Of a stretch of DNA of 64,000 nt, positions 11,991 to 25,924 are shown piece after piece. Source of the DNA: Negaprion brevirostris. Taxonomy: Eukaryota. The DNA lies in the NCBI GenBank assembly GCA_030324005.1, contig JARDVH010000099.1, positions 74,897,824 through 74,961,823 on the forward strand. Reading direction: 5' to 3'. A model generated the notes under the pieces. That model made no database searches and was not told where the DNA came from. It saw only the letters and a program-made list of their open reading frames with translations. The translations under genes were made by a program, and so were the position numbers. The stretch's first letter is position 1. Each line of letters opens with the position of its first letter.

Positions 11991-14900
11991 CCATGGGTCA
12001 GTTCAAGTTGGAATACTGTTTTAGTTACCACATTAAAGGAAGGATCAAGGGAAATAGTGCAGTGGGAGTTTACAACAGGGATTACAGATCACATTATCAA
12101 AATAGACTTCAGAAGTCGGACCTTTCCATTTTCATTAACAGAAGAGTTAAGGGAATGACCTAGTAGATTATTTCCAAGATTGTTAAATGTTATCACCAGC
12201 TGCGATAAGTTAAGCTAATATTTATTCTCTATTGTAAATGACATTACAGGCACTATCTACCTGACAGTAGATAAAGTTAATGAAGTATTCTTCAGCTGCC
12301 ACTAGAGGCTCCTATACATATTATATCCAAGCTTGAAAGAGGCAGTGACATATCTACACATTCTGTCTTGAATCCTCCCATTTCTGATCTATATGCTGCC
12401 TCTCAGCAACAAAGACATGTCAGATTCCGTATCTATGCTGATGCTACCCAGCCCTAGTCTACTATCACTTCTCTCAACCACATAGCATCCTGCACCACAA
12501 CGTAATGGATCTATTACAGAGCAAAAACTGCTCTGATGCATCAATTAAATCATTTGAAAACAGTTGGACAAATTGCTGTATTGAAGATTACTGGACTAAT
12601 ATAAACCAAAAGTATTAAAATGTCAACCAAAATAATGAATATAGGAATACTTAACCCATTTTGTGTAACAATTAGTCTTTTGCACATATATGCTCAGAAA
12701 TACATCCAGGTATTCTAAATAAAAGGGTCTAAGACAAATTTATTCAACTGTAGTTTTCAATTAACATCTTTTGCAGAAAGTCCTGAAAATAATCTTTAGA
12801 GATCTCATGGTGAATACTTTAGAGATATCATAGCCAATTAGCAAGAATTCAGGAACTGAAGACCAATATTGACATCTAATGAATGAGGAATGCAAATGAT
12901 AGATCCCTGGTTTAGAAAATATTCCAAATCTATTCTTAACTATTAAGGTAAACACTCAAAATGGGAGGCAATGTATATTTTGGAACAATTGAATTTTGAG
13001 ATAAGTTACAAGGTTAACTCAAGTCACGATCTTTGCACGCTTTTCTGCTTCTAATATATACCAGTCAATTTCCTATGACATTGTCAAATTCAAAGGTGGT
13101 CTTCAAGGGAAGGATGACCAGGGAACATGGATGTAATTTAATTTCAATTTACAAGTCATAACCCATATTTTTATTCTCATGATTTAAAATTGTAACACTA
13201 AAAATAAAGTTATGGCAACTGCATCATGAACAAGAGTTGAGTTTGTATAGGTCATTCCATTACAAATGTGGAAAATGATGCAGATATAATTGATATTTTT
13301 CTCTACATAAACACACACACGTCAATTTTTTGTAGCATTGCAACAAATCAATGTTGCACGTAGTTCAAATGAGGCAGTCAGAAAGTTAGAGAGGTAACAC
13401 AGTGCCAATTTTAAAGCCACACATTTCATCCCTATTTTGATGTACTTTTATTTGATAAATAATTAAGGAAAAGAAGAACTTGCATTTATATGTCATATTT
13501 CACAACCTCAGCAAATCCCAAAATGCATAAGAGTCAACGTACTCAAATGTAATCACTCTTGTAATGTAGGAGACAATTTACAGCCCTTCAAGAAACAGAG
13601 CATAGCATTGGTTGGAGTGTAGACATTTTGCTACAATAGCGGCTGAGGAGCCAACAGACAAAACTGAACAGCTTCAGTGTCATTGGCAGGTGGGTGTGTT
13701 CACAGCATAAGATTACATGAGCAATTTCTATTATAAACATTAACATAGATATTTAGATGGACAAATTAACATAGGAAGTTCTTGCAGATGTGAGATTTTA
13801 ATGACTATTGATAAAATTACCACATATAAATAGCAACTCTGAACCTGATACTCAAGGCAGGACAAAAAATAAAACAATCAAATTCAAAAGGAATAGTCCC
13901 TTTCTACACTTGATTCCTTACCTGAGCTGGAGTTGTGCCTACTATGACTCATTTGTGCCTGGAAAAATGTAGTTTGGATATCCTCTGGTAAAGATGAACC
14001 TAATTTTGGTGAGTGTGCAAGAGTTTATACTTGCAAGAATTATGTGGCATGGAAAATGAACAGGTACAGGGGGAAATTCAGCCTTAAAAAGTATCCCTGG
14101 CCCTCTGAATTTTGAAACTAATTGTGCCAGCATCAAAACAGCAGAAAATAAAATGCTGACGATGAGGTTAGCATTAGTCAGTCAGTACCAAGGTATAGCA
14201 AATATTGACATTAATGTGTTAATTATAAAAAAACTAAACTCATATTTGAAGTGAAAAGCTTTGAAAAAATTACACAAAGTGCTAAACTACAGCAAAATAA
14301 ATGATAAATGTCAGAATTAAACTCCTGTTTTGTATGGGCACTTGATCATTATGGCCAATGACTGGAGAGGAAATACAGATGCAGTTTAAAACAGCCCTTC
14401 ATACAACAGAGATGGGGGGAGGGGCAGAAAGAACACTGTCAACACTAACACAAAGCTCTGAGGGGACAGTTTGAGAATGAACTTTCCCTTCACCTGTAGA
14501 GTAATTGGTGTGTGTAAAAACACAAAAGAATGAATTAGAGAGTGTCCATAGCACATTTTATGGTTGAAACAGTGGTATTGGGAGGGCGGAGGGGGAATGA
14601 AAATATACTCAATTATGAAGAGCTTCCATTTAACAAAGTATCAAATATATCATGATAGATGGTTTTGTGAATTTGGCACCAACTACACTTAGCCATATTG
14701 AACAAAGAGCACCAGGTATAATTCCTCATTTATGCTGAGTTGGGCCTGAACAGCTAGGATGCCAAATTCAGCTTCAGTACCATTAGCTAGGGATGAAAGA
14801 AAAAAGTAGAGTATTACCACTTCTAGCCATAGATTTGGATGAACTCAGGTCTGAGGTTCTCAATGGTTTTAATTACATCAAAACTCATATAAGTTCACAT

Positions 14901-15049
14901 CCCAATAAAAGCCTGCTGGCACACTCAGTAGGGTGAGAGTCGAGAAAGGGAACTTTGAGTTGGGAGAAGGGGAAATTGTAGAAAATAATATGCAAAACTT
15001 AATACCCATTCATCAGAAACAGAATCAGTATTTGCAAGATTAGCAATCT

Positions 15050-17621
15050 ATAATGTGTGACAAAATACATAATTATTAATATTGATCTTAGCACAATTCA
15101 AATTTAAGATCTAAAGAAACATAGAGAACTTCATTAAGCAAGTTAAACAGGCCTCTACATGGTAAAAATAAAATCTACAGGTCTACATAGCCAGTAAAAC
15201 AAAGTAATTGAACATTTATAGAAAATAATTGTATGCTTTATGTATGACTGGAATATACAGATATCACCCCAACCTCACTCAGCTATTTACAAAGACACTG
15301 CAGTGCTAACATGGCAATGACATTCGCCGAACAGTATTTTAATTCCCCTGCAGTAATTACATGGTTTATGACCTGATATACTATTGCATCAACCTACATC
15401 ATTACAACAATAAAATGTTTGATTTAGAGATTTGATTACGTAAAGACTACAATATAGCTGAATAAAGAGAATAGCAGCTTTTTTTCTCTTGACAAACTGC
15501 TAAAACAATGAGAAAATGCAAAATCTAATTTGCAATTTAAAATAATAAATCTTAAAAAACTTGTATTCAATTGAATTTGGAATCAAAATAAAATTTTGTT
15601 AGCAGCCCTAGAAATATGTTACAGTATTTTATCGATCAATGTTCAATATGCTATTTTAAAAAGATTTTCCCAACTGGTCCAAGGCAAATTTCATATACTA
15701 CTGCCAAACAGACATACACAAGGTAAACAACCAAATTAGTAAGTANNNNNNNNNNNNNNNNNNNNNNNNNNNNNNNNNNNNNNNNNNNNNNNNNNNNNNN
15801 NNNNNNNNNNAATAATGTGCATCCCTATCATATACATTTATGTGTAAAAATACTAAGGATGTACAGTGTACAAAAACATTTTGTTGCAGTTTTTCACATC
15901 CTTGTGGGTCTTATACTTAAGGAAATAAACAGTTAAATTTTACCAACAGTAATACAGTTCACTAAGGTTCTTAGTCCCTTCTGCTTACAATCCTTAACCA
16001 TATGACTAGATCTTTATGCATTTAATGACAGAACTAGCAAAGGTCAAGAACTTTCACAAATCCTAGGCTACACAGAGGCAAAATTAATGACCAATTTAAG
16101 AATTTAAAATAAATACTTTACATCTTTTTCATGCTCATCTGTAATACACTACTAGTAGCAGATACAGGAAGTTCTATTTTTAGACAGTACAAATAGTAGC
16201 AGCAAAGTGTGTACATTGAGGTGTAATATATAGACCCTGCAGTTAGTAGAGGACCCCACCTTGTCACCTTGCCAGTATACTGTAGTAGCAACGCATTGCC
16301 TCAACAAGGAGTGGTAAACCTTGTGAAGCTGCAAATAAGGTGAATACATGTGTTATAGTCATAAAAGCATTTAGATTCAAAATGCCACAGGAATGTGACA
16401 ACAAATGGATTAGTGTTAAAGCAAAGCTATGGAATCTTGACAATCAAATAGGAATGGCCTGTTGCCCAAAGATGGCTGCAGTACAAGAGGGCATACTCAG
16501 TCAGGAAAGGTAATTTCAGACTTAATCCTTGAAGATCTAGACTTTGCACAGTAAATATATGAAAGCCAGTAAGCTAAGCAAAGTACAAAACCTTATGGAT
16601 TGACAGTTTGAAAAACCTTGTACAAAAAAAAAGACTAGCACTGTAAAGTTGGTCAGCCACCATCTATAAGCTTCCAGTAATAACTGTTCACTGATGGTGT
16701 AACTTATCTGACACAAACAAACGATCATTACAACTAAAAATAAATACTACATTTGTTTAACGTGTACATTCAAAATCAACATCAGAAAAAAAAGCTAGTC
16801 CACAAGTTTACAGGCAAACATTACTGTTTACCAATCAAGGCTAGGTGGCATGAATACTATACTCACATAAGTTTGGTGATAATCATAAATCTGAACATTA
16901 TGCCTGTCTATATCCTTCAGCCATCATAAAACAAATACAGGCAGAGGTGTGGAGTATCAAAAGTTGTGAAAAAATCTGCGATTGCACTTGATAAGTCTAT
17001 AACAAGTTTTCTGGGCTGACTAAACTTGAGCCTTCAGGTACATGGGTTGGTACTAACTTTAACATTGACAGGGATTGAGTCCTGGCAACTATCACAAATA
17101 CCCATTTTCAGCCAGCTATTAACGACACCAGCTCATTTCTTCAGTGATATGTCTAACAAAAACCTTGCATACTTGCCATACATCACAAACAAATGCTTGC
17201 TATGAATAGCAGAAATTAATATCACAAAAGGTACACAAGTTGCATCAGGTGCTTAAATTTCATTTTTTATCATTATTGTGAAATTTTGTCAAATGCCTTC
17301 TTCAGCCTCTATTAAAATTCTGTTCCATTTACAGGCTGAAATGCATAAGTGCTGCATCATGTACAATACATCCTATTAGGACTTCATATGTTTAAAAATA
17401 CTCTTTGCAGGACATTATGTCAAAATAGTAGGAGGTAACAGCTTGAATCTTCAGACTGACATTTAGATTCATGCAAAAAACATTCAACTTGAAATGATTC
17501 CTGAAGATGCCCTGCCTCTGAAATCAAGTATAGCTCAAACTCTTATACTGTTCAGGAATGATTTCCAGTGATACACCATGACGACAGCTGAGCAGCAAAA
17601 AAACAGAAAAGACTTGACGTC
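15050..17621 (-). other. AKT3: AKT3 3' UTR (minimum plausible extent; may continue to about 12.7-13.4 kb)
   Basis: Repeat-poor AT-rich sequence directly after the stop codon. Minus-strand AATAAA candidates seen at 13447-13452, 13170-13175 and 12739-12744. The true end cannot be fixed from sequence alone. Confidence 0.6.
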
Positions 17622-17707
17622 CTATTCTCTTCCACTCGCAGAGTATGAGAACTGGGGGAAATGAGGCCGTCTTTCATTGTCCATGCAATCCATACCATCC
17701 TCATCAT
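17622..17707 (-). CDS. AKT3: AKT3 terminal coding exon (86 bp coding), hydrophobic motif
   Basis: (Y)[30 protein letters not shown]; acceptor cacag|AT. The end SASGRE and [15 protein letters not shown] match AKT3 rather than AKT1 (SASGTA) or AKT2 (SASIRE). Confidence 0.98.
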
Positions 17708-19909
17708 CTGTGATGAAACAAAGATTGTTATATTTCAGACAATTATTTCACAATAGATCTTATCTGAGCAAATTTATCTTTAGAAGCTGCAGTTTTTTAA
17801 AGCATTTCTTGAAACTGAGTTGTTTAGGGTTCTGCTCCCTTTATGATTTTATATCCCACAGGCCATATTAAAAAGTATTCCAGTAAGCTGCACCAATTAA
17901 CCAATACAACTGCCAGTTTTAGTTATATATTAAAACAATTCAATAACAATTAGGAATAGAAAATACTTGTTGAATCATAATGAGAATCCTTAAGAACCAG
18001 CATGTTTACATGAATAGAAAATGTTCATTACACCCAATTTCCCAGGCACAATATAGCACAACATTTGGTTATTACAGCTAATAGGCTAACACATAATTAT
18101 ATGCACAGAGTCAGAGTTTCAAGCTTTTAATGACAGTAACAGAGGTAAAAATATAATGAGATAAAAGGACTAATAAATATATCCATTTTTATTTGTGCCA
18201 CTGCAACCATCAACAGTGTCTGAAATTTAGCATTTGTTTTACAATCACATTCAATGAACAAATTGGGGATTTGCATTAACACTAAAAATAAATTACTCTG
18301 TGATAACTATGTAGCTGTTTCTAACTTAACAGCACATTTGATGCATTTTTGAAGGAAAGGTTTGATGTAGTAAGTTTTGACAATTCTTCAAAAGGAAGCC
18401 AAGACAATGGTGATGAGGATAAAAATAACAGGTGCCCTTCCTTTGACTCCTTGAGTTACACATACAAAACTGCTTCCGTATTCAATCTTTGCTCTCAATT
18501 GTTTGAATTTTAGCAGTGAAGTGCTGCTCTTAGAAGATTGTTGCACGTGGTTCAGGGTGCTATTCAGCTTCTCTCCAAAAAGGAAGGAAGTGATTCTGGA
18601 AATAAATGTTGCTACAGTATTTGAAGATAAGTTTGCTAACATGTATGTAACGCCAAATGTTTTTTTTAAAATCAGAATAGTTTTTACCTTTTCCTAAAAT
18701 TCTAAGTCACAGAAGCAGATGGACAAATATATTTGTCTACCACTTTAAGTCTGAGCTTGAATTGATGTGTCGCAAAGAACTGATACAAAAAACATGACTG
18801 AAATAGATGGTAGTAGCATTGGAATTAATATACTTGATCATTTTATTCCTTCAGTGTGTTGATTCTAATGTTAACTGTTGTTTCATCATCACTGCAGTTA
18901 CATTTTCATTCAACTGCTGCTTGATGGGTACTTTCATTACACTGGGTCAGCAGCAGATACAATTCTTCGAGGTTAATTACCACATTGAAATGAAATCCTG
19001 CATCAATGAGGCAACTTCTTTTTCCATGAGTTGCTGTAGGGCGTGGAATTTTCAGGCAAGTTTTGTGGCAAACAAAACAAATCTCTTTTACACTACTACG
19101 AAATAAACTGGTACATGTTGCCAGCCAAAATCAGAAATATGGAACTTTAGCCGCTGAGGTATGTGTACTATTAGTGCAAGGGCAATGATTTGTCTTAACA
19201 GTGAAAAATACGCAAAATGAAGTTTTGTTATCCGTTGATTAACTAGTTGAAAGTCATAGCCCATGTCCTTGATGTTAAGGTAACAGAAATAAGTTTAAAA
19301 CCTGAAACAAGCCATTAGTTTCCACCAGAATGAATGGATCAATATAAATCAATTAATTTTAGTTCAACAAATCATACTTTAAATATTATCCTTTAAGCCA
19401 TGTACACCAAATCTGCAATTATTTGGAAATCTACTAGGCTGACCCCTTCCTGATAATTCTCAGTAGAGCGGTATTTAATTTCCCTCAGGTGTACACAGAG
19501 ATTAATCCTTTATTTCCTTATATAATAAGCTTAAGGTTTTTTTCCTGGAATTGTCCAAATATGCAATCAAAAATCCATCTGAATGTTGTTACATGCCTAA
19601 GTTTAGTGTTCTCTACACCTGGCAGGGCATCTCAAATCTGCTGTTTACTTAGTGATTCATTCTCGAATCTGCTCAGAATAACTGACTACTTACTGCTTTA
19701 AGAAATTTTGGGCATTTATTTCACATAGTAATGGTAGTACAAATGCATAACACCAACTTAAAGATCTTAAACTGTGCATTTTGCTGCTCTATTGGGATGG
19801 AACATTGCGTTTTGCATTATCTTTTATTATTTTACTTTATGAATTTTCACACACCTTCCTTTCTGGATTGGGGAGGAAAAAGTTAACCAGCTCCAAAAAA
19901 TCTTCTTTT

Positions 19910-21255
19910 AAATTTATTCTTTTACACTGGCTAGGAGGCATTTATTGCCCATCCTTAATTGCCCTTTATCACCTTCTTACATCATTGCACAGTCCACATA
20001 CTGTAGGTACACCCACAGTACAATTAGGAAGGGAGTTCCAGGGTTTTGATCCAATGACGGTGAAGGAATGGCGATATAGTTCCAAGCCAGGACATGGCGT
20101 GTAATTTGGAAGGAAACTTGCATGCAGTGTACAAATGCATTGTCTGCTCCTGACACTCAATACAGTAAAGGTTGCCAGTTTAGAAGGGACTGTTGAAGGA
20201 ACCTTGGTGTATCGCTGCAGTGCACCTTGTAAATTATACACATTGTTGCCATAAAGCATCAATGANNNNNNNNNNNNNNNNNNNNNNNNNNNNNNNNNNN
20301 NNNNNNNNNNNNNNNNNNNNNNNNNNNNNNNNNNNNNNNNNNNNNNNNNNNNNNNNNNNNNNNNNNNNNNNNNNNNNNNNNNNNNNCCCGTGTCTGCGTG
20401 GGTTTCTGCCAGGTGCTCCGGTTTCCTCCCACAGTCTGAAAGACATGCTGGTTAGGTGCACTGATCTGAACAGGTGCCAGAGTGTGGCAACTAAGGGAAT
20501 TTCACAGTGTCAATGTGAAGCTTACTTGTGACTAATAAATAAATTTTACTTCTGAGCGCTGTTGAAGTTGCACACATAAAGGCAAGCGGAGAGTACTGCA
20601 TCACATTCCTGACTTGTACCTTTAGATGGTGAACAGGCTTTGGAGAGTCCAGAGGTGAGTTACTCTCTGCAGAACCCCTACCTATTGATGTGCTCTTGAA
20701 GCACGAGTATTCATCTTCCCAGTCCAGGTTTCAGTCAATGATAACCACCAGGATGTTGATAGCAGGGGATTCAGCAATGGTAATGCCATTGAATGGCAAA
20801 GGGAGATAGTTATATTCTCTCTTGGAGATGGTCATCGTCTGGCATTTGTGTAGTGCAAATGTTACTTGCCACTTATCAGTCCAAGCCTGAATGTTATCTG
20901 GTGTTGCTGCATATGGGAACAAACGTTTCATAATCTGAGGCGGTGTGAGTGATACTAACACTGTGGGCTCATGAACATCCCACTAATGCCTTCATGATGG
21001 AGGCCCTAGGACATTACCCCTAAGGAACTCCTGCAGCAATACCCTGAACTGACATGATTGATCTCCAACAGCCACAACAATCTTGCTTTGTACTAGATAT
21101 AGCTCCAACCAGTGGAGAATTTTATCCCCGATTCCACTCCAATTTTGCTTGGGCTCCTTGCTTCCACACTCAGTCAAATGCTACTTTCATATAAGGGCAG
21201 TCACTCTCACCTCACACGAATTCAACTCTTTTGTCCATGTCTGAACCATGGCTGT
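19910..21255 (-). mobile_element. CR1/L2-superfamily LINE (same family as 8590-9232), interrupted by a gap and a SINE
   Basis: ORF fragments IQAWTDKWQVTFALHKCQTMTIS, ILHWLELYLVQSKIVVAVGDQS and HSFTVIGSKPWNSLPN; tail 'ggcatttattgcccatccttaattgccc' near 19937. Confidence 0.8.
20387..20550 (+). mobile_element. V-SINE (HE1-like), 3' half, nested in the LINE
   Basis: V-domain 'cccgtgtctgcgtgggtttc...tgctccggtttcctcccacagtc' and an (aata)n tail; 5' half lies in an N gap. Confidence 0.8.
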
Positions 21256-21261
21256 GCATAT

Positions 21262-23039
21262 GGACATACAAACTAGAAGTAGGCCACATGGCCTTTCGAA
21301 CCTGCTTAGCCATTCAATAACGTGGTTGATCGGATTGCACCAACTCCACATTCCTGCCTAACCTTGATAACCTTTCATCCCCATACTTATCAAGAAGCTA
21401 CTGAGTTCAGCCTTAAAAATATTAAAAGACTCTGCTTCCTGCGCTTTTGAGGAAGGGAATTCCAAAGACACAGTCCTCTGATGGAATTACATTTGCTTTT
21501 TTTTCAAATCTAATGGACCCTTCCCCAAAATCGAGAGAATTTTGGAAAAACCTGATTTACAGCTATTTCTGGGATGTTAGTTGTATCTTCAGTGAAGACT
21601 GATGCAAAATCCCAGTTCAATTCATCTACCAATTCCTTATTTTCAATTATTAATTNNNNNNNNNNNNNNNNNNNNNNNNNNNNNNNNNNNNNNNNNNNNN
21701 NNNNNNNNNNNNNNNNNNNNNNNNNNNNNNNNNNNNNNNNNNNNNNNNNNNNNNNATTCCCCAGACTCAATTTCCCTGGGATCAATGCTCATTTAATTAA
21801 CTTTAAATATCTACAGAAACTCTCAACACATTTAAATATTTTCAGTTAGCTTTCATTTGTACTCCAATTTTTATTTCCTTATCAATCTTTTCTGTTTTTT
21901 ATACTCTGTCCAATCTCCTGACCTGCCACTATCTTTACGCAATTACATGCTTTTTGTGTGTTTGATACAGTCCTTAACATTTTTTTTTAAGTTAATCATA
22001 GAAGGTTGGTCCTGCCTTTAGAATTTTTCTCTTTGGAACATTTCTGTTCTGTGTTCTTAAACGTCTATCACTGCTTCTCTTTTGACCTTTCTTTCCCTTA
22101 ACATAACTTGTCAGTTCACTTTACCCAACTATGCTTTCATGCCCTCATAATTGCTCTTATTTAAGTTTAAAATACAAGCCTTTTGACCTACTGTTCTCTT
22201 CCTCAAACTGAACGTGAAATTTATTCATATTATGATCACAGCTACCCAGGGATGTTTCAATATGAGGTCATTAATCAATCCTATTTTGTTGCACACTACC
22301 AAGGTTAGTATAGCCTGTTCTCTGGTGGTGCCAGAGATGCCATTCAAAAAACCATCCAAAAATATTTTATGAATTCCTCATCTAGGCTACTTTCGCCCAT
22401 CTGATTTTTCCAATCTAAATGCAGATTTAAATCCTCCCAGGTTATCACCAGACCTTTCTGACAAGGTCATATTATTTCTTCCTTTATACCCCACTCTACT
22501 ATATAGTTACTGTTACAGGACTTGTACATCACTGCCACAAGTGACTTCTTGTCTTTATTGCTTCTCATCACTTCCCAAAACATTTCCAACCCTGAATTCC
22601 TGAACTTGGGTCATTCCTCTCAAGTATGCTAATACCATCATTAATTAACAGAATCACACCTTCGCCACCTTTTCCTAGCTTCCTGTCCTTCCTAAACGTG
22701 ACGCATGCTTCAATATTCAGGTCCCAATCTATGTCATCCTGCAGCCGTGACTCTGTAATGCCTATCTAATGATATTTATATTTGTGTTCTCAGTTCATCT
22801 ATTTTGTTTTGAATGCTGATACAGAGCCACAAAGCCTTTTGACCTTTTATTTTTATACTATCTAGCCTTATCTGCTGATTTATTCTTAGATTTGTACTCC
22901 CTGTCCTTTCCCGTCATGGTCTGTTTATCATTTTCCACATTAATATGTTTCTCTCTGTCTTGTTTTTAAGCTTACCACATTTCCCCAAATGTGATCCCTT
23001 GCCCCCCCCCTGCAATTTAGTTTAAAACCCTCTCTATTT
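21262..23039 (-). mobile_element. CR1 LINE, decayed and internally deleted
   Basis: 3' UTR-like end near 21265-21480; LIIENKELVDELNWDFASVFTED fragment; endonuclease-region text near 22670-22745. Confidence 0.7.
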
Positions 23040-24187
23040 NNNNNNNNNNNNNNNNNNNNNNNNNNNNNNNNNNNNNNNNNNNNNNNNNNNNNNNNNNNNN
23101 NNNNNNNNNNNNNNNNNNNNNNNNNNNNNNNNNNNNNNNAATTTAGTTTAAAACCCTCTCTATTTTCCTAGTTATGTTGCCCACTAGAACACTAGTCTCA
23201 GCACAGTTCAGGTGTATTCTGTCCCAACTGTATAGCCTCCCCTTCCCTCAGTGTTGGTGCCATTACCCCACAACTAGAACCCTCTTCTCCCACACCAATT
23301 TTTGAGCCTGTAATGTTAGCTGAAATCTTTCACCATAATGTTTATTATCTTTATAGCAAGGGTTCAAATTCACACTTGTTGGTTCTTTAAAAACCAGCTG
23401 GTTTCAATTCTCCTTCACGGGTGGGAGCTCTAAGCCAAACAAATGCTACAGATGTGTAGTCATAATTGTAATGCAAGAAACACAGCACAGCAAGGGCCAC
23501 AAAATACTAACGAAGTATAGCAACCAGATAATCTATTAGTTACTGCATCAGCACAGCAGTGCAGTTGAGTTCAGACGTTTTTGTATGTGATTCCTAGTAC
23601 CTTGTGCCATGTCATTTACCACTAATTCAAAATTATCCAGCCTTAGTAGAATGACATTAAAAGTTAAGTAGCTACATCATAAAAGTTAGATACAGCAAGA
23701 ATGTCAAAAGTTGATTCACTGTGGGATATTCTGCATATTTCAAGTAATATTTAGCCTTTTATATTCTTTCACAAAATTTTAATGCTTAATACAATTAGTG
23801 ATTGAGCAGTGATCAGATTAACATGGGTTCCATAGGATATCTTTACGCAACTTCACGATCAATTGAAAAATGCAGATGAGTTCACCCAGCCATAATTTAA
23901 GAAAGCTCAACTCAAAATGTAATTGTAATTCTATATAATTAACAATTTACAAACAAAATAAAATGCTTTGCTGCAAGAGCATTAATTAACTGGTACATTT
24001 TAGATAATTTACTTTGATACAAAGCTTGTGTAATAAATTGATTTCCCCAAACAAAAGCCAATATGTAACTACAAATATGGCAACTATGGTAAATTTAAAG
24101 TAAATTACACCTAGATTTTCAAATATAATTTTTATTTAATCCAAATTTACCAACATGATGTTCTCTTACGTACAGATGCTGCAAACT

Positions 24188-24830
24188 CGCAGAATTTTAT
24201 AGTCCTCCATTGATGAGTTTGTCAGCAGTGGGGCCTATAAAGTTCCTCAAGTAGCCATCCTACCACCCACCCTTAATCTGCCTGCAATTTTACGTAGGGT
24301 TGGTGAGGCCTAGAACAGCCTGCCCGCACTCATTCCATGCGTGGCCCTTGAGTTGCCAACTAGCCACTAAAGAGCTGCCTCCTGTATGGTTGCAATTTTG
24401 AATATGACAAGAAGAGTTCAGGGATTGGAGGAGGCACAGCAGGACACCCTTCATCAGTTTCTGTCAAGGGGCCCCTTTCCAAATTGTGCACCTTCCCAGA
24501 TGCTCCTCGTCCCCCCATCCCCGGATCTCTGGCAAAACCACCACACCTGGGCCTGACCTCCCCATTGTGCCATAGGACACCCTCACACTTAATTGTTAGT
24601 GGACTACAGGACTTAGGATAGGGCACCATTTGTAGTCCAAGTCCTGGCCACTGCTGCCACAGGCGCTGCTGAGGTTACAGAGCTGCCAGTCAATCTGATT
24701 AGCTAGTAGCTCTCTGAGGTGGGACTTCTGCCTGTGTTTTTTGAGGGGAAGTGGGGGAGGAGTCCTGTCTTCAGCCAAGTCACATTCCCCAAAGTATTAA
24801 ATGGCTATATGATTGCTGCGTTCACCAGGG
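24188..24830. mobile_element. Decayed GC-rich non-autonomous element, probably a PIF/Harbinger MITE
   Basis: GC-rich island starting 'gcagaattttat', similar to the ends at 62499 and 42581; boundaries approximate. Confidence 0.4.
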
Positions 24831-25216
24831 ATGCTTTACTTCTTTGGGTGGCAAGACAGGAAACACCACCATCTAAAAATTCCTACCCATAGAAATAAAA
24901 TGTTTAGTTGTAAGTCTGGGTTACATGCTCCTGATCTTCCTGAAAGCTGGTCTAGAATATATTCATTTGCTATGCTCTTTTCACCACTATAGAGTGAAGC
25001 CAAAGATGGTAAATTGAATGCAGTATAAATATTATCTCCGTTTAGTAAATGGAGCTGGAAATGAAGTTCTAAAAGGCACAATTTTCAGCAAGTTTAAGAG
25101 TTAATATCTTTGCAGAAAGGGCACATCCTTAGGCAGGGCCACACTTACAATCTAATGATGAGAGATGAAAAATACTGTTACATACAGTGGTGAAAGGACT
25201 ATTAATTGTTGCTTAC

Positions 25217-25319
25217 ATTTTTCAGGTGGAGTTATTGTAATGGTCTGAGCTGTGAACTCTTCATCAAAATACCTTGTGTCTGTCTCAGATGAAACTTGAG
25301 GCTTGAAAGGAGGCAAAAG
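25217..25319 (-). CDS. AKT3: AKT3 penultimate coding exon (103 bp), AGC C-terminal tail with turn motif
   Basis: [34 protein letters not shown] + T; acceptor ttacag|CTT, donor T|gtaagc (phase 1). Confidence 0.98.
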
Positions 25320-25924
25320 CTGTAATGGCAGGAGCAAATAAGAAAGTTACAAATGATTACGGAGAGAACCAAGCATTTCTCTACTACTCAAATGATCATG
25401 GTTATTCAAATTTAAAATATTATGAATTGTTAAGATTTCAGTTAAGATCAGTAATTTTGAAATAAATCCTAAACCTCAGTTATTGTCTGAAAGGATAAAG
25501 CCACAAGGTTCAACTGTTTAAAACAGGAAATTTTAATATACAAGAAGTTAAACAAAGTAAGCACTAAATACCACCTTAGGTAACGTTCTACAGGTTTAAA
25601 ACCAAAAAGCAACATAAATATGAATTAACAGGCAAATTGCAGTCAAGTAGAAACTATAAACTACAAATTGAATGGCCAAAAATGACGGATCTTATGACTT
25701 GGTTCAACAGTCTGCTCAGCCATAAAGTCCTTCCTTAGAGAATTTCAGCTTCTCTGCGAGGAACTAGCCTGATTCCCAGCTGACTGGTTTGGTTGTGTTC
25801 TACAAAGGGCATGCTCTTCACCAAAAATGCAGAACCTCCTCAACTTAGTCCAAACGGCATAGATCCAGATCCAATGTTATCTTCAAGTAACAGAAACACT
25901 TGCAACAATTACATCTTTGTTTAT

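Noticed and set aside
23014-23165. Direct repeat aatttagtttaaaaccctctctattt flanking a 100-N gap
   Set aside because: Contig-end overlap artefact.
25152-25216. Read-through of the AKT3 penultimate exon ([11 protein letters not shown]...), superficially like the human isoform 2 tail CQQ
   Set aside because: CK is simply dictated by the T|gtaag donor; there is no further similarity and no evidence of intron retention.
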